Part shown: in pieces, positions 18,201 through 20,000 of the stretch | Layout: each line of letters starts with the position of its first letter | How positions within the stretch are numbered: the first letter of the stretch is position 1 | Source: Tortispora ganteri | Taxonomy: Eukaryota | DNA length: 20,000 nucleotides | Reading direction: 5' to 3' | Assembly: GCA_003707115.1 (NCBI GenBank) | Contig: PPNB01000011.1 | Span: 237,792-257,791, forward strand | The notes under the pieces: generated by a model | Databases searched by the model: none | The model's input: only the letters and a program-made list of their open reading frames with translations | Told to the model about the DNA's origin: nothing | Program-made: the position numbers and the translations under genes

Positions 18201-20000
18201 GACTGCAAGTTCTAGTGTTACATCCGGCTCAATTCTTTCTACTGCTTCAAGCAATGCACTCAGTTTCAACATTGGCTGAAGCTCATATGGTAATTCCAGC
18301 ACTAGTCATATTGTTTCTGAATCGAGTTTTGCTCATGGATCAAGCGCCATTTTGGTTCTAGTGTTTTTCCATCTTCATCGATTATAGGTTTGTCAAGCGT
18401 TCTATCTTCTTCATCAATTATAGGCAGCTCGAGTGGTTTAGCGCCTTCGTCAAGTGCTGGAATATCTAGTGCCGGATCTCTGTCTTCGATATTGACTAAC
18501 TCTAGTGCCGCTCAGAGTCTGTCACCTAGTTCCTCGAGCGGTTTGGCATCTTCTTTAATAATCAACAACTCAAGTCTGCTGTCGACCTCTTTCTTAAGCT
18601 TCACGAGTGCTGTCGTGTCTACTTCTACATATGGTAATTCGAGCAAGTTGCCAAGTGCTTCAGTTGCTAGTTCGAGCGTTCTTGCGTCTTCGACGATCTT
18701 AATCAATTCAAGTGTTGTGCCAGCTACATCGGTATTAAGCAACTCGAGCATCTTACCGACTTCGGCCTACAGCAACTCAAGTGCTTTGCCGGTTTCTTCG
18801 TGTGAGGTTTTGAGTACACAATCTTCTTCGTCGGTGTCAAGTGATTTGAGTGTCAGTTCTAGCGCAAATGCCAGCTCAATTGTCATTTCGAGTGTCACTT
18901 CGAGTCTAGGTTTGAGCGCGTCCAGCTCGGTTCAGTTGAGTTCGACCATCTCAAGTAGCGCCAGCTGCGCAGTGGTGTTGAACGCCTGCCAGTGCGAACC
19001 GTCGGAGAAGGTGCTGGGGCGAGCGTGGGCGGTTAATATTACGCAGTACAATGAAACGGAGGTAACCGATGGGAAGTACCGGGTGGGGAATTTCACAGAG
19101 GTTGACGTGAAAATTGGTACTAACGACATAAGTTTATACTATTATGCCATTGTAATGACCGAGGTACTGGTATATGTTCACGGACCGAACGGCGTAATAG
19201 AACTCACATCGGTCGCGTACACAGGATACGCGTATGGTGGGCAAGGCGGGATTACATGCACGGATATAAAAAGAATTGGAAGCGGCGGATGGAGCCAAGA
19301 CACGCACACTGACTTCTATGATTAACTTATAGATACTACATATCACGACGGGTGGACGCCGTTGCGATTGGTAATCTATTCTGAGGCGGATGGTTTCTTT
19401 CTAGTTGCTTTCATGAATGAAATCTAGTTTATTTTGTAGTTATAAATTATTGATTACAGCAGGTGTAGAGACGAAAGTATCTTGACATGTAGTGTTTATG
19501 GGAATTGGGGAGATTGGGAGAGGTTAAGGGGATTCTGGGGATGGAGAGAAAGGAATGATTTAGCAGCATTATTATTAATATTTCTATTATTATTGTTGTT
19601 GTTAATGTGTGCAGTATATTAGATAGAGGAGATTAGACGAGATCACATAAGATTGAATCAGGTAAGAAATAAGAATAAGATTCTGACAGATTCCCGATCT
19701 AGTCTGGCACCTATAAAGGCATTCCACTATGTTGCTACCGATTCTAGTGCCGATTTATCTGAAATATTTGCGGCGATGTATATGTCGGAAACTACTAAGT
19801 CCAGAGCAAAATACCTGATACTTTATACAAGCTCAACGAGCGGACTGTTTACTTGAGTGATCTTAGCAACACCGATTTTTCGGTGGGCTGGGTATTTCAA
19901 AGCGAAACTACTTGACCTTCGTTAGTTGTTAGCTATTTCAAGTCAAATACTGATTCGATGTATGTATTATTTACACTGAATAATATTGCTAAAATAGTTG

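Larger units (their letters stand above)
17553..19427 (+). pseudogene. Disrupted Ser/Thr-rich secreted/cell-surface (adhesin/mucin-like) glycoprotein gene
   Basis: Coding-like segments switch frame at ~17850, ~17935 and ~18352. An in-frame TGA at 18277 aligns with TGG at 17965 in an internal repeat. TAA at 19323 is followed by 33 more coding-like codons to TAG 19425-19427. A decayed signal-peptide-like start is at ATG 17553, and there are many NSS sequons. The 5' and 3' limits are inferred. Confidence 0.75.

Noticed and set aside
18277..18279. TGA read as Trp (alternative genetic code) or programmed readthrough
   Set aside because: TGA terminates FRS2 and the ECM13-like gene normally, and the same locus has frameshifts, so a nonsense mutation is the simpler explanation.
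17994..19346. Minus-strand ORFs, e.g. 17994-18302 with EDPG/EDPD repeats
   Set aside because: Antisense reading of the Ser-rich repeats; the periodicity is explained by the plus-strand minisatellite.
19653..19856. 67-aa ORF at the window end
   Set aside because: TTG start, no recognisable family, and no supporting context.

Overview
Eukaryotic, budding-yeast-like (Saccharomycotina) DNA with compact, apparently intronless genes. It uses the standard genetic code: CTG encodes conserved Leu in RPD3 GGLHH and FRS2 LRTHTT. Left half is housekeeping genes: a PPR1/UaY-type Zn2Cys6 transcription factor running off the window start (absent from the ORF track), a peroxisomal (PTS1, -CKL) hotdog thioesterase, RPL23, RPD3, FRS2, an ECM13/YJR115W-like acidic protein and RER1. 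Right half is gene-sparse: a probable orphan 70-aa gene, an mtr-like AAAP amino-acid transporter whose promoter has a triple CGGC-N6 repeat and GATA sites, an AT-rich spacer, and a multiply disrupted Ser-rich secreted/adhesin-like pseudogene. The most notable observations are an Rpd3 with a locally rewritten active-site-rim loop (GDDCP to FDENP), the UASaa-like promoter on a non-YAT permease, an oriented CCCTA element in housekeeping promoters plus a Homol-D box at RPL23, and the reconstructable pseudogene. No mobile element, CRISPR array, tRNA or rRNA was recognised, and I found no clear new multi-gene system.
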